This document shows positions 12,127-50,717 of a DNA stretch of 64,000 nt, one piece after another. The notes under the pieces were generated by a model. The model had not been told where the DNA came from, ran no database searches, and saw nothing but the letters and a program-made list of their open reading frames with translations. Position 1 is the first letter of the stretch; each line of letters starts with the position of its first letter. Origin of the DNA: Tubiluchus corallicola (lineage: Eukaryota; Animalia; Priapulida); NCBI GenBank assembly GCA_030141605.1, contig JAQGDQ010000886.1, forward strand, positions 19,831 through 83,830, given 5' to 3'. The translations under genes were made by a program, and so were the position numbers.

Positions 12127-14677
12127 TTAAAAATTATCCTCATAGACCCATGGTTGGCAAACTGGTTTCCATTCAATTAATTCGGATGGTTGAAACCAAA
12201 GGGCAATCTCACGTTCGGCACTTTCCACGGAGTCACTACCGTGACAAATATTTCTGTAATAAAAATGAAATTTGTTCTATTACATAAATGCTTGTAAAGT
12301 TAAAATTGTATGTAAAATGCTTACTATAAATGTTTATTAAAGAAATTGACAAACCAGGGAGATACAAGTGGCCAACTGATCAGCTTTTTGCCAACATGTA
12401 CCATTGACAATATTGGGATCAATAATTTCCTTCCCCGGGGCGAATATTCATGCAGGTCCAACCTCTCTTGGTCCAATTAGTAAGCATTCAAAGTTGTATA
12501 CTAAACAGTTTACTACTTTATGTACTTCTTTAGGGTAAAAAGAATAAAACATACACATTCGCCTAGTCTGGCTGAAAATAAATTTATAGTACACGAAGCA
12601 TTTAACTTGATTAAATCAGTGATTAAATAATACATGTTAATGAAATTATAGCCATTATTAGCACAGAGCACAGTTTCAAGGATATTTTGATGAAAGTTGT
12701 AATTTAAGATTTGGCATTGTTAGCAGCATTTTATCAAAATTTAACCAAAATGCATTTTGACTGCTGAGGCACATAATCTATTTTTGTCTAATTACTACGT
12801 ATGTTACATGATAAGCATTTGTTGCTGGATACATTACAGCCTTATACACTTAGTACCTTCCAACTTGAATGCAAAAGTCTCCACGAATTGTGCCTGGATT
12901 CGAATCCTGTGGATTGGTTGCCCCTAGCATTTTACGTCCTGTTTCAACCATGTTCAAGCCTTCCCATACCTTAATTGTAAACGCATGGTTACGTTACTAA
13001 GACGTGTGGTTAATATTAGTTGCTTTGTAGATTTCAGTCTCAAAATTATTTAAACTGTTTTAAAATGAGGTGATGATAGCGATTATGACTGCAGGCGCTG
13101 CAAGTTAATAGGATTGCTATAAATAATGCTTAGTTTTCAACATCTACTCAAAAGCTAGTGATTATAGCAAAGTCCTAATATTTATGCTCATAGAGAAACA
13201 TTATAAATTCTTGAGCATGATCTTGAGTCCTAGAAAAAATCCGGTAATAACATACTCAGACAGTCCGTCAGACTTTTTTCAACTACAAAGTATGTATCCA
13301 ATTTAGTTGAAATTTGATAGCTTGATTGGTGAGGAATAGCTTTGATTCAAAAAATTGTAACAATTTCCTTGTTAAGTATTTAATTAATTTGTGCATGTAA
13401 TTGACACTTACCATAGCACAAACCGGTCCTGAGGACATGTATTCAATTAAATCCGGAAAAAACGGTTTCTTAGATAGAGCTTCATAATGTACCTTGAGCA
13501 ATTCATCGCTGGCCTACAGCATTGCATAAATAGCTTAGTAAAAAACTTGTTAGAAATCGGTGGTTTTATAGCTGCATAATAAGAGTTTCGTAAACGAAAA
13601 GAATAAAATAAGCAGACAATTGAACTGCTTTCTATGAAAAATTACTTGATGAAATTACAAGTTTGCAAAGTTTATTAACATGTTCATAAGTGAAACTTAC
13701 ACAACTTCATAGCAAGACTTAGGCATTGTTCATATTTGCTTAATACAGTCGAAATTCCTATTATACATATTTAAATTTACTAAGGCTGCCAGGGCCAGAT
13801 TATAGTGTGTTGGTGCCCTAAGCACATCAAGCACCTAGTACCCCGGCTCTCTTCTTTGCCCGCGTCACCGTGTGAACGTTTTGTGACATACTTATTATGT
13901 GACACAAGTAACGTGATATTATATATAAAACAAACTGCATTGCTCTGCATAGAATAAATTAAACAAAAAGGTGTGATGCCTGATAACAGCAAAAAATTAG
14001 TCAGCACTAGAGGCCACTAGTTATTGAAAAGACTTAGCTAAGACAAACATTAAGACCAACCTAATAGCCTAATACTAAATAATGTAAAGATATCAGTAAC
14101 ACTTTTCAATAACACAATGGCTAATGCTGTCATCAACTTCATTTCAATTTTATGTTAACATATTTTATTTAAATTTCATCTTTTATCTTTCTTTTGCCAG
14201 GCGTGGTGCTTCCTGAGCCTTGGTACCCTAAGCACGTGCTCAGTCTGCTTAAACGTTAATCTGGCCCTGAAGGTTGCAAGAAATATATCACGTTGTCTCT
14301 GTGATATTGGTAACCTCAAACAGAAGAACTCTCACAAACCACGGATGGCTTGTAGGGAGCGTTACGGAAACTTGAGCAAATAATGAAGCGACAGGGTGAG
14401 TGATGACTAATCTTTATGCAAGTAAAATTAATGATCTACTGATTTGACCAATTTAACCTTGATACGTGACTATGTCAATGGCTTCACACTTGTAAGCAGC
14501 CGAATTTTTAATAACAACCAAATTAAAAAGTTATTGTACGTATACCTTCATAAATTTCATAGCCACTAGCCTAAATCCTTTCTGTTCAAATCGCTTAATA
14601 ATGTCTGCAATCAAACCTCGATGGACTCCATCCGGCTTCACGCAAATAAAACTTCTCTCCTTGTACTTGGCAGACAT
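12127..14677 (-). CDS. NME1: Nucleoside diphosphate kinase, group I (NME1/2, awd-like), 157 aa, 4 coding exons
   Basis: Exons 14677-14546, 13513-13412, 12969-12857 and 12253-12127, all GT-AG and in phase (474 nt). Motifs [50 protein letters not shown] (catalytic His) and PWVYE. The symbol indicates the family rather than strict orthology. Confidence 0.97.
13790..14269. mobile_element. Non-autonomous hAT-type element in NDK intron 1
   Basis: 13-bp perfect TIRs CAGGGCCAGATTA / TAATCTGGCCCTG. 8-bp TSD AAGGCTGC / AAGGTTGC with 1 mismatch. Subterminal GGT(G/A)CCCTAAGCAC at both ends. Confidence 0.85.
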
Positions 14678-15599
14678 GTTGGCAGTGAAGCCAGCAATCA
14701 CGTGACGCAAAGACATGAGAAGCATAAATTAAAACCAGCGAGCGGTGGCAGCACCTTCTATCAGCTCTGAATTAAAACGTGCTTATATTTTTCCTCAGGA
14801 ACGAGAGTGAAATAAGATACAGCCAAGTTCAGGCTTACAGCCAACTCAAGTTCTGTTGCTAAATGTTAGGAAGATGTTCAGCTTGCAAGCAAATGTTTCT
14901 TACAGTCGAAAGGATTAAAGTTGCAAATATATTATAGAAATCCACTTCTAGCCTTTATATAAGCTAAAAATGAGGTATGTCGGTAGCTGATACAGGGCTA
15001 ATCTGTACTAAAGCTTTCAATAAAACTTTTCACGATTTCAAACGAAAAATATTAAAAAAATTCTGTAAAGTCAACCATTAAGAATATCTTTAAAATTAGA
15101 ACTTGATCTTGTATTAAACTGCACGGCAAGTTATAACGTTAGACGTATTACAATAGTAATTTTTATTGAAAGTTTCATAGTATAGTTATATGTGTGTGTG
15201 GGGGGGGGGCATGAAGGAAACCATGCCATGAGCGTTTGAGTATGTCCATGAAGGTTTAGTTTCCCTGTAATAGACAACATTAAATTGCAATAGAAACAAT
15301 TAAAGCAAATAACTGTAGTGAGAGAAATGAATTCTGAAGTGCTTAATCTGTGCAGCAAAACAGCATTAACTGTAAACATTTATGTAAGGACTAATCGACA
15401 TTTTCACCGTTTATAAATATTATGAAACTATTTGTTAAATGGGACCGTAGTCTCTCGGAGGTTTTAATATTACAAATTATCTAAGACGAGGTGCATTGGG
15501 TACTACAACATCTCTTCAATGTCTATGTATATGATTTGACATCAAAATAAAATAAAATAAAATAAAGGGCCATCGGCTAGGCAAATTAACAATTTTTGC

Positions 15600-16400
15600 C
15601 TGTCTCTATCTTTGCAATATCTGTTTTACAGGAAATTATAGATTGATGTGTACGATATTTAGAAATTTACAATATTCACTTTTATCCAAAAACATAAATT
15701 TATATTTTTTCGCCCAGGCATATTTCAGAATATTAGTCCAGGCGATGTTTTTCTATATGGCACTCCAGTTCCGGTGAGTACGTAGGAAAAGTACCTGGGA
15801 CATGTTTTGCGCACTGACAGAATACCAATACTGACATTGAAAACCAGACAAGATTATTTTACATTCGTGTAAACCTGCTTATTAGAAAATTCTCCTGCTG
15901 CTCGTATAACGTGAGAGTTATATTTAAAAGTTATTGTGCAAATTATTATGGCTTTTCACCTTGGTACAATTTCAGTAATGGTGTATTAAACAGATTAAGA
16001 GTGCTTATAATAATGGCATTTGTAAATTATTTTCGCTTAGGTCTGATTGCAGTGCATCTACGATATGCGTTTAACTTTGATCTTGAATTTCTTGAATTTG
16101 AGGAGAAAATGTTACTATAGTTTTAGGCAACGAGTTTTTAATGTCAAAAAAATAATTTTTTACACTTTATTGTGAATTCAGATGGGTATTTTAGATCAAT
16201 TTTTGAAATTGTGGAATACTGATTATCTTTGTGATAACCTTGTAAATTTTGAATTGTAACTTTTAAATGCTTTTAGTTTCTTTCTGCATATAGTAATTTG
16301 AGTATTTTAGTGTAGATTTTAGTCAATGTGAATTTTAATTATATGCTTTTATGGCTTTTTATGGTAAAATGCATAGTAAGCAGTCTATCAATCAATAAAA
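15600..16400 (+). mobile_element. Decayed 3' fragment of a LINE related to the 3461-6112 element
   Basis: KYLGHVL (~15789), VNLLIRKFSCCSYNVRVIFKSYC (matches ANKLLMKFTHCSVSVKRQLFNAYC) and LNRLRV are present but frameshifted. A T-rich tail with AATAAA lies near 16394. Confidence 0.75.
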
Positions 16401-19400
16401 CATGTGTAACCAAGTCTCTGATTATTGTTATTATAGTTTTGCTCAAAACTTCGTGTATATGGACTAGGTTTCGTTTGTGGTGGCAGCGCTTTCAGGTAAC
16501 TATCACGTGACAGAAGCAGCTGAGCAGACACTGGCGGCTTCACAAACAACAGCACACCGTGTAATAGCAAGGCGGTATTCATGAAGCTGATATAGCGTGA
16601 ACTGATGCTATCAAAACTTACTATGTTATAGTTATCACAATTACTTCATTAACTGTGCATGTCGATTAGCGCTAACCCGTGATAAATGTTTTGCTAGAGG
16701 AATTATTTAGGAAAAACATAACACAAGTAAGTATGCGAACATTTATTATACTTACATAGACTGGCCATCGTGGTAAATGACATCATGGTGAAGGATAATA
16801 GTAATATTAAGTGTACGCCTGCTGGTTAATGCCACTACGTTTGATGTAATATTCGTGCAAGTCAAACAACAACCGTAACTTGTATGTGTAATGTCACGTT
16901 GAATCTTACGGACAGTAAAAAGTTGTACAGACTATCGGACATTATCAAACTTATCGCAATTTTAAGGATCATTGTAATAATGTATTGATTGATCATCTCT
17001 AAAATGATACACGAAGCATTGTGTTATAAGCCGTGTAACCATGAACTGCACACAGGTGTGTATGACTAAAAGAAAACCTATTTTTACGAACAAACTGCTT
17101 AATTAAATAATCATGTCTGTATTTAAAGCGTTTGAATATGTATAACTTTTAGTGCTCAAATTGACTCTGTCGGCAGTATGTAGAAGCTTCTGTGTATCTA
17201 AATACCAGAAAAAAATCGTATCTCGGTCATTACATCTGTTTTTCATTAAAACATTGTTTTTTTAAAAAATTAATTGTGTGGTGGAATGATAGTTAGACCA
17301 ATGAAATTTAATTAAAATAATTATAATACATTCACTTAGCTTGTTTATGCTGGACAAATGTCATAATTATTATTATAATTCTTGTGCTTCATTCCTTCCC
17401 TCACAAAGAAAATTTTTTCGAAACATCTGAAACATATCTTATAATCTCAAATCATTTGATATGAACAATACCAATTGGCATAAATGACATGCTTTTGTGA
17501 CTATAGTTTCAAAGGAAATCTCAGCAGCTGGTATTGTCGCTATTGTCGCTGCGGTTATACTGTTTTTTAAAAACAGTAAAGAAAGTTACCAGTCTTTTAT
17601 GATTCATATTACTATATAGGATTGTTCCGTATTCCATGCTTTCCTGGGCACTTTACCGTCAATCACAAACTTCTCACACGGTACCATACACAGCTTTCGC
17701 CGTCGGGTCGAGTCTTTTCGCCACTCTTGATTTTTAAGTTAGCTGGGTAGAGCAGAACAGGACAGAGCAGGGCAGGACATGACAGGGGAATATACAGTAG
17801 GGTAGGACGGGACGAGATGGGACGGGACGGGATGAGACAAGTAAAGACAAAATGGTAGTACTAGTAGTTTTTTATTGATTATTTTTACAACATTATTTTA
17901 ACAATGGGGTAAGAGAGAATTAATCCACAGAGTATTAAAGTCCAAATAATATTACATAGAGTATTAAACTGGACAAAGTGCCAAAAGTAAAATGCGTAGA
18001 ATTACCATTAAAACGAAAACAATTTCACAAATTGTGAGTACAAGAAATTTAGAATGCATTGTATAATTAACAGCAAAATCTAATTAACAATAAGGTTAAA
18101 CGTTCCTGTAGATAAAAATAACGCGGTATAGTTTAACTGGTAAACAGGAACTTTTTGACAAGAACATGTCTTGTAAATTACTTGAAAGAGTGTTTTGTAA
18201 TTACATTCAAGGTGAACTAAAATCTTCTGAAAGTTTTATTACAGAATTGGTGATGGCGATTCTAGTGACTCGCCAAGAACTATTGCCATCCAGTCGTCTT
18301 TTCTTTTTAACCTAACCGTCTAACGTTTTAACTACCTTTTTAGCCTTTATTATTGAACTGATTTGAATCTGCTGACTGGATGTAAACGTGGACCAGTGAC
18401 GAATAATCTTGCTTCTCGATTAAACGATTGCAGAAGCTTCGGATCCCTTTATGTAAAACGCATGAGTAAATTTGAACATTTTGAATCATGATTAGTTATT
18501 GATGAGATCATAATCAAAAGCTGAGTAATCAATCACACAGTATTTAACGCAAGCATCGGGCAACTGAAATCAAACAATGATTACGTATTTATTATTAATA
18601 GGCCGCGACAGATTGCAAGGTTCCTTAGCAGACACATCAATGTTAAAAACAACAAACTTTTTTTCTTAAAATTCAGAGATACAGAGTTACTATTACTGAA
18701 ACGTGTTGTGTAGGCTGTATTAAAAAGACCGTAAACTACATTACTTTTAATAGCTGTAGAGAGATATTAGTTATAATTAAGTATGATGTCAACATTTCTT
18801 AATTCGAATTTATTGATAATTAATTGGATATGAATAAAAAACTGATGTTGATTGGTAGTGAAATAATGACTCACATTAACAACCTAAAGCTGGTGTTGTA
18901 CATGGTCTTTTTACAACAGTCTATAAAACATCTTCTATAGAATAACAATTATAACAGGGTTTGGGATAAGACTGAGCAATTACTAAAATTGTCAAAATGA
19001 AAAAAGAAATCTTAGATCAAGATTTAGTGTTATTTCAACGGCCTGTTGATGACCTTATGCGTCAGTATTTCAATACGGAACTAATACAAGAGATGACTGT
19101 TATATTCTAATTAAATGTTGAACCTTATTTTTCCTGTAAAAAATGCAACAAAAAATGACGCAAAGATGCAGAAATTCGTTAGAATGATAAAGCTGTAAAC
19201 GACGGCTCAGATTTATAAGTCAGTCCCTGTTTAGTGTTAAATTGTGCCTCAGGAATACACTTGCTTACATAACATCTACTAGCCTTCCATAACCTCCTAC
19301 TATTATGGTTTTCTCCGAGGAACAGGTGGCCATTAGCTCACTTTCCTCGCATTCACTAATGTAATTGTGATTTCTTTATAAACTCAGCTTCCGTGGTTGA

Positions 19401-20245
19401 GCCTGTACTGGGCATTGCCAAGACGCTAGACCATCTGTACAACAAGTTATATGAAGAGTAATCCCCAGTAATGAGATCAGACTAATGTACATACATATTA
19501 ATAACAGTGTGGCATCTGGGGTCATACATTTTTAATGTAATTTACTCGCTCAGCAGTCCAGCTGGAACAAACAAAATTGCGATGAACTCAGCGAATTTTC
19601 AGCAGCAAGAGCAGGAAACCTTTGCATCTTTAAAATTCGCAATCTGTTTACTACAATGAAAGAACACTTTTCCTTTTTCAGGTACATTTAGGACAAAGAA
19701 CAGTAGGAAATGGTTCCAGTTTGAAAGGGAACCATTAAAAATATTTGATACTGTTAAGAGTTCAGTGTCAGCCATGAATGGACATTAACGCATGCAGCAA
19801 CGCCCTTCGTGGTTAAACTTCAACCTTCAGTTATAAAATAATTTCTGTACTTTTCATGATCATTGTTATATATTTTGTGCGTTAGGTAATGTCCCCTTAA
19901 CTCAATTCTAAATTTCGTAGTAATGTGTGCTTTTGTTTTACAGGTGAATTTATTTGAAAGAAATTCCTGTTAGTGAGCAGTGAGAGTATTCGGGTTGCGA
20001 CTTTTTGAAGAAAAATGAAGACTAAAAGTTCTCAAAAATTTTGCATTTTATTTGCTCATTCAAAGGAGTAATTAACTTTGTACACTTCTTTATCCGTCGC
20101 AGAAATCAACAAATTTAAACCTAACAATGTAGACGCCACATAAAAAGCAGCACAAAGATAACAACGTTTTTTACACGAGAAAGGTGTTTTCAGTGTTTTG
20201 GTATATGATTGGGACGACAGAAACGTATCGTGTGCCTGCCTTGTC

Positions 20246-46578
<26,333 letters not shown>

Positions 46579-46710
46579 AGACATTAGTATGGTCATCTTC
46601 ATTGCCCAACAAAACGCTGGATAACTTGTCTCCTTATTTTTAAAGCTGAGTTATTGTATCTTGACAAAAGGCACTTAACGAGTAGCATTAAATTGCTACT
46701 GAGACAGTTT

Positions 46711-46716
46711 AATAAA
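46711..46716 (+). terminator. Probable polyadenylation signal of the Sushi/EGF/HYR gene
   Basis: First AATAAA, ~130 nt after the stop codon. Confidence 0.45.
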
Positions 46717-48043
46717 ATGTGTTTAATTATTAGTAAATTTTATTTACAATGTTTTCGTTATATAATCCGTATGAATTTGTTTTGCATGCAAGACCATTAA
46801 AAAGGTTACACTTCTGACACTCAGTAACAGAGATAGTAAAATGATTACCAGTGCATTTTACAATTTTACCTTATATATGTGTTGAGTATTAACCGGTGTT
46901 ACAGCTGTTCACATTGTCGTGCGTTAAGTTTATTTTTTTTATACAGTATTAACTATGCAGCAGTAATAAAATGATGTCACTCACGATTTTAAGTTTTTTT
47001 GATCTTGATCTTGTACATGACACTTGTTTAGCATTTGTAGAGTATCACGCACGTTTTTTTAAGAAAATCGAAAAAATCAGTAAATCAAAGTATCTATTAC
47101 TAAAATTATTAAAATATACAATCTTGTAAACTTAGGACTATATTTTAAGCATATTTTGTCTAGTTATTTAAAGATAATGCCATAAAAGTGTTAGATTTGT
47201 GTAAGGTTGCCAGGACTGATTTTTAATGAGAATCTGTTATTCGAACACCTTTTCCTCTATAGCGAACAATCTAAATGTTCATTTTTAACTGTTGCTGTAT
47301 TTTATAAATGTCACATAGTATTTGTCCGGTTACTTACAGATTACAAATATAATGACAATTATATTACAATTTGTACTTCACGAGCTTTGGGCATTTTTTG
47401 TTTGTTTGTTTTACAGATTAAAGTTTTGTTTAAAAAAAGTCATATGTATATTCGTATGTATAGTTTGACTGAGCATGCAGGAATATTTCATAGTGTACAG
47501 GTTTTAAATATTGTTAACTATTTCACATCGAAGTGAAGTGATCACTGCACTACTAGTAATGCTAGAACTTCTTGTATAAACAACTAAGTGTGGTACTAAT
47601 GGGAATCAAGATCACCAAGCTTGTTACAGGTATGACAAATATGCAGGCTAAGTTAAAAAGATGTTTTTAAATGCATCTTTCTGATCGACAATGAGATTCT
47701 GATCATGCTAAAGTTAGAGTGCAAAGTGTACAATCCTCGTCGTTATTATCTTCTTCATTGTTTCGTCGTCAACGCTGCATTTGGGAAATCCTAAATAATA
47801 CAATAAAAATTTACCATATTTACGATAAAAAACTGCAGTATGTTAGATGGAGCTACACTGAAACTGGTAATAGAAGAATAATAATTTATTTAAATGCTTC
47901 GAACAACGACACGTTATTCATCGTCAAGAAAAATGTTGAAAAATAAATAAAGCAACATGTAACACAGGGCAAAAGGGAATAACAGACTTTTCACGGTGTG
48001 TGACTCGCAAACAGAAGCTAAGTTTTACATTAATTATACAGTA

Positions 48044-48182
48044 AACTGCGGAAAGGTATCATTGTCTGTCCTAGTGTCAGCTTTATTAATGACAGAATTA
48101 TTGGGGAACTGCGGAAAGGTATCATTGTCTGTCCTAGTGTCAGCTTTATTAGTGACAGAAATATTGGGGAACTCGGGAAATG
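48044..48182. repeat. 63-bp tandem repeat (2 copies plus partial)
   Basis: AACTGCGGAAAGGTATCATTGTCTGTCCTAGTGTCAGCTTTATTA... starts at 48044 and 48107, with a partial copy at 48170. Confidence 0.92.
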
Positions 48183-50026
48183 GGTCACTGGCATAAGATT
48201 TTAATCTAAAGTTCAAATTTTTCACAGAACAAATCAGTCAATCGCCTGACTTCAAACAGATGAATGAAATGATTGGCTGACATGACATGAAAATTAATTG
48301 CTGTCATTCGTGTTTTCGGACAGGGAAGCGACCTTGATGTTATGGGTGCGACGCATATTTCAGAGAATGAGGAATTTATATCCTGCAGCAATAATTTTTT
48401 CCATTTTCCCCGTCAATTTGTCACGTCATGCCCTAGAGATAATCATCAGGTTCTATTTCTGATGAGGTTGCAAATTAGACGTTTTACTGGTATTTTGTTT
48501 CGCCTTCCCCCAGGTACCTTGAAAGAATCATCTATTATTAAAAAGTTTTAAAACTTTTTAAAATTTCAACCAGTTAAAAATTAGCTACTATTTTGAAATA
48601 GGTAAAAGTGTCTAGCTATTGATTTACACAAATTATTAAAATTATCTGTACGCTGGAAAAAATAAATAAGAGCATGAGGGTTAGGTATAACAATCCTAAG
48701 CATTAATTAAACCGATTTAAATAGCGAGGAGAGTAAAGTTACCATTTCTTATTCACCCCCCCCCCCCAAACCTTAAACGTTCTAAACCTTAAATAAACTA
48801 TATTGGTCAGTGATAGCGTGACAAAATAGGACATAAAAGGTCTAGGCCAATACAAAAATAAGAAACTGATATGGGAGACGATACGGCATTAGTCAAAGCA
48901 CTTCCAACTACCAACATATTCATAACGCTCATTTGGCTTACATTGCTATCGTCATAACGAGAGATTCCGAACGCAAGATTTCTATCGAAAAATTTGAAAC
49001 CAAGCTTCATTTCCTCATTTTGCTACTTTTTCTGTCATTACCGTTATCATCATTATCGTCATCAGCAGCAGCAGCAGATTTCATTATTATTATCATCATT
49101 TCCGCCGCAATGGTCGATATACTCGTCGTCAGCAATATTAATATTATTGCCACTGTTGTCGTCATCGTCGTCATTAATTTTTCATTTCTTGACATTAAAT
49201 ATTTCTTTCGTATTTTCACCTGCTTATTATGACACATATACAAAATGCGAAGTTGGTCAAGGACGAGATGTCATAAGAAAGTGACTCAACGCTTCATGAT
49301 GTCACGACTGTTAAAGTTTACATGCTGTGGCATTTCGCGGCTTTTCTTCGTGCGTTTCTGCAAGTTGGTCAACAGCACACCACAATTAGCTGCTATAAAG
49401 CGGTTCGTAAGACTGAGGCTTGTAGGTAAGTTGATTATTACGAAACTATTACCTCTATTACTTTCATTATGTTTATGAAACAAACTTTTTTATTTAATTC
49501 AGAAGAATAAGATAAATAGGGTCATTCGAAAATAGCTTGAAATCAATTCTTATCACTTACTTTTTTACTTGCTGAATTTTTATTCTACTTTTTCTATCAC
49601 CTGCTGAATTTATTTTTACAAGGATACATTACAAATGGGATGTATTAGGTAAAAAGTAGATTCGTATTCGTATTCCTGAAAGAACACACAGATAGGGCTT
49701 GTATCTGTCAAAATAGTGAAAACAACGAAACTTAATCTTTTAACGAACGTGAGTGCTATTTCCACTTAAAGCTGTTTAATCAACGTTTACAAAAAATAAT
49801 CCTATCTTTTGGCAAGCACTAAGAAACAGTTTGTCACCCATCATGGGCAGTTTACAGACCGATAGTCAGCGCAACCCATAAATTACTAAACTCTATAGTC
49901 AGCGATATTTCTTATAATTATTTGCTCAGCTTTTCTTCTTAAGAGAAATTTTGAATTCATTTCACAAAAATTGCTGGTTAAAATTCTTACAGATCACGAT
50001 TTGGATTTTGTGGAATTGTTTTCAGA

Positions 50027-50717
50027 ATGGATCACAAAATAATGTTTCTTCTGCTGCTCTTACAGCTCGTAAGTATATCATTATATTTATGCGTGTCAGA
50101 CTTCAAAAAGATCTTTGGGTAAATATCTAGCATCCTCTTAGCCTAATAGGTGAGCCTAAAAGATACATAAGATTTGCATTAAGATTTAACGCAAACAATT
50201 TATTGTTTTAATAAAGCAAAAAATAACTATTTTGTGCTATATGTTATCTCTGTACCAATGATACCTAATGATTCTGCAATTCAACTTGAACAGAATAAAA
50301 ATGTCGTTATGCTGACTTATTACCTTGTAAAGTTCAGAGTTCTTGCTTTTTTAGTTCAAATTGGTGACAGTCGGGATCTGAATAAATAAACAGGCTTGTA
50401 AAATAAAAAGCCTGCGAGTCGAGACAGCAAGGTCATATATAGACAAACTTTCATAGACCATTTGAAAATTTAAAAACGTTACAGTACGAAACTAAAATAT
50501 GAATTCTTATAACATTAGCAAACAAATTTTACACTGAATTAATTTCTGTACGTAGAATATTTTATTACGAATTTTCGCTCCCTAAACACAGTAATCCCTC
50601 TTTCAGGTTATCGTTAAAGCCCAAGAATTACCTGGTTCTCCGTGGGTAGTTTACTTTCCTATTTTTTATCCAGAAATTTATAATGGTCTGCTATATGAAG
50701 AATACTTTTTGGAATGA
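50027..50717 (+). CDS. Putative small secreted peptide (or pseudogene 5' end): signal-peptide exon plus second exon
   Basis: Exon 50027-50068 (MDHKIMFLLLLLQL, donor GTAAGT) splices in phase to the acceptor CCCTCTTTCAG at 50607, giving VIVKAQELPGSPWVVYFPIFYPEIYNGLLYEEYFLE*. Confidence 0.45.

Noticed and set aside
18000-19000. Possible very old LINE endonuclease remnant (minus strand)
   Set aside because: Only isolated weak motifs (DFSCP, NVDII); insufficient support.
48044-48182. CRISPR-like array
   Set aside because: Head-to-tail repeats with no spacers, in a eukaryotic context.
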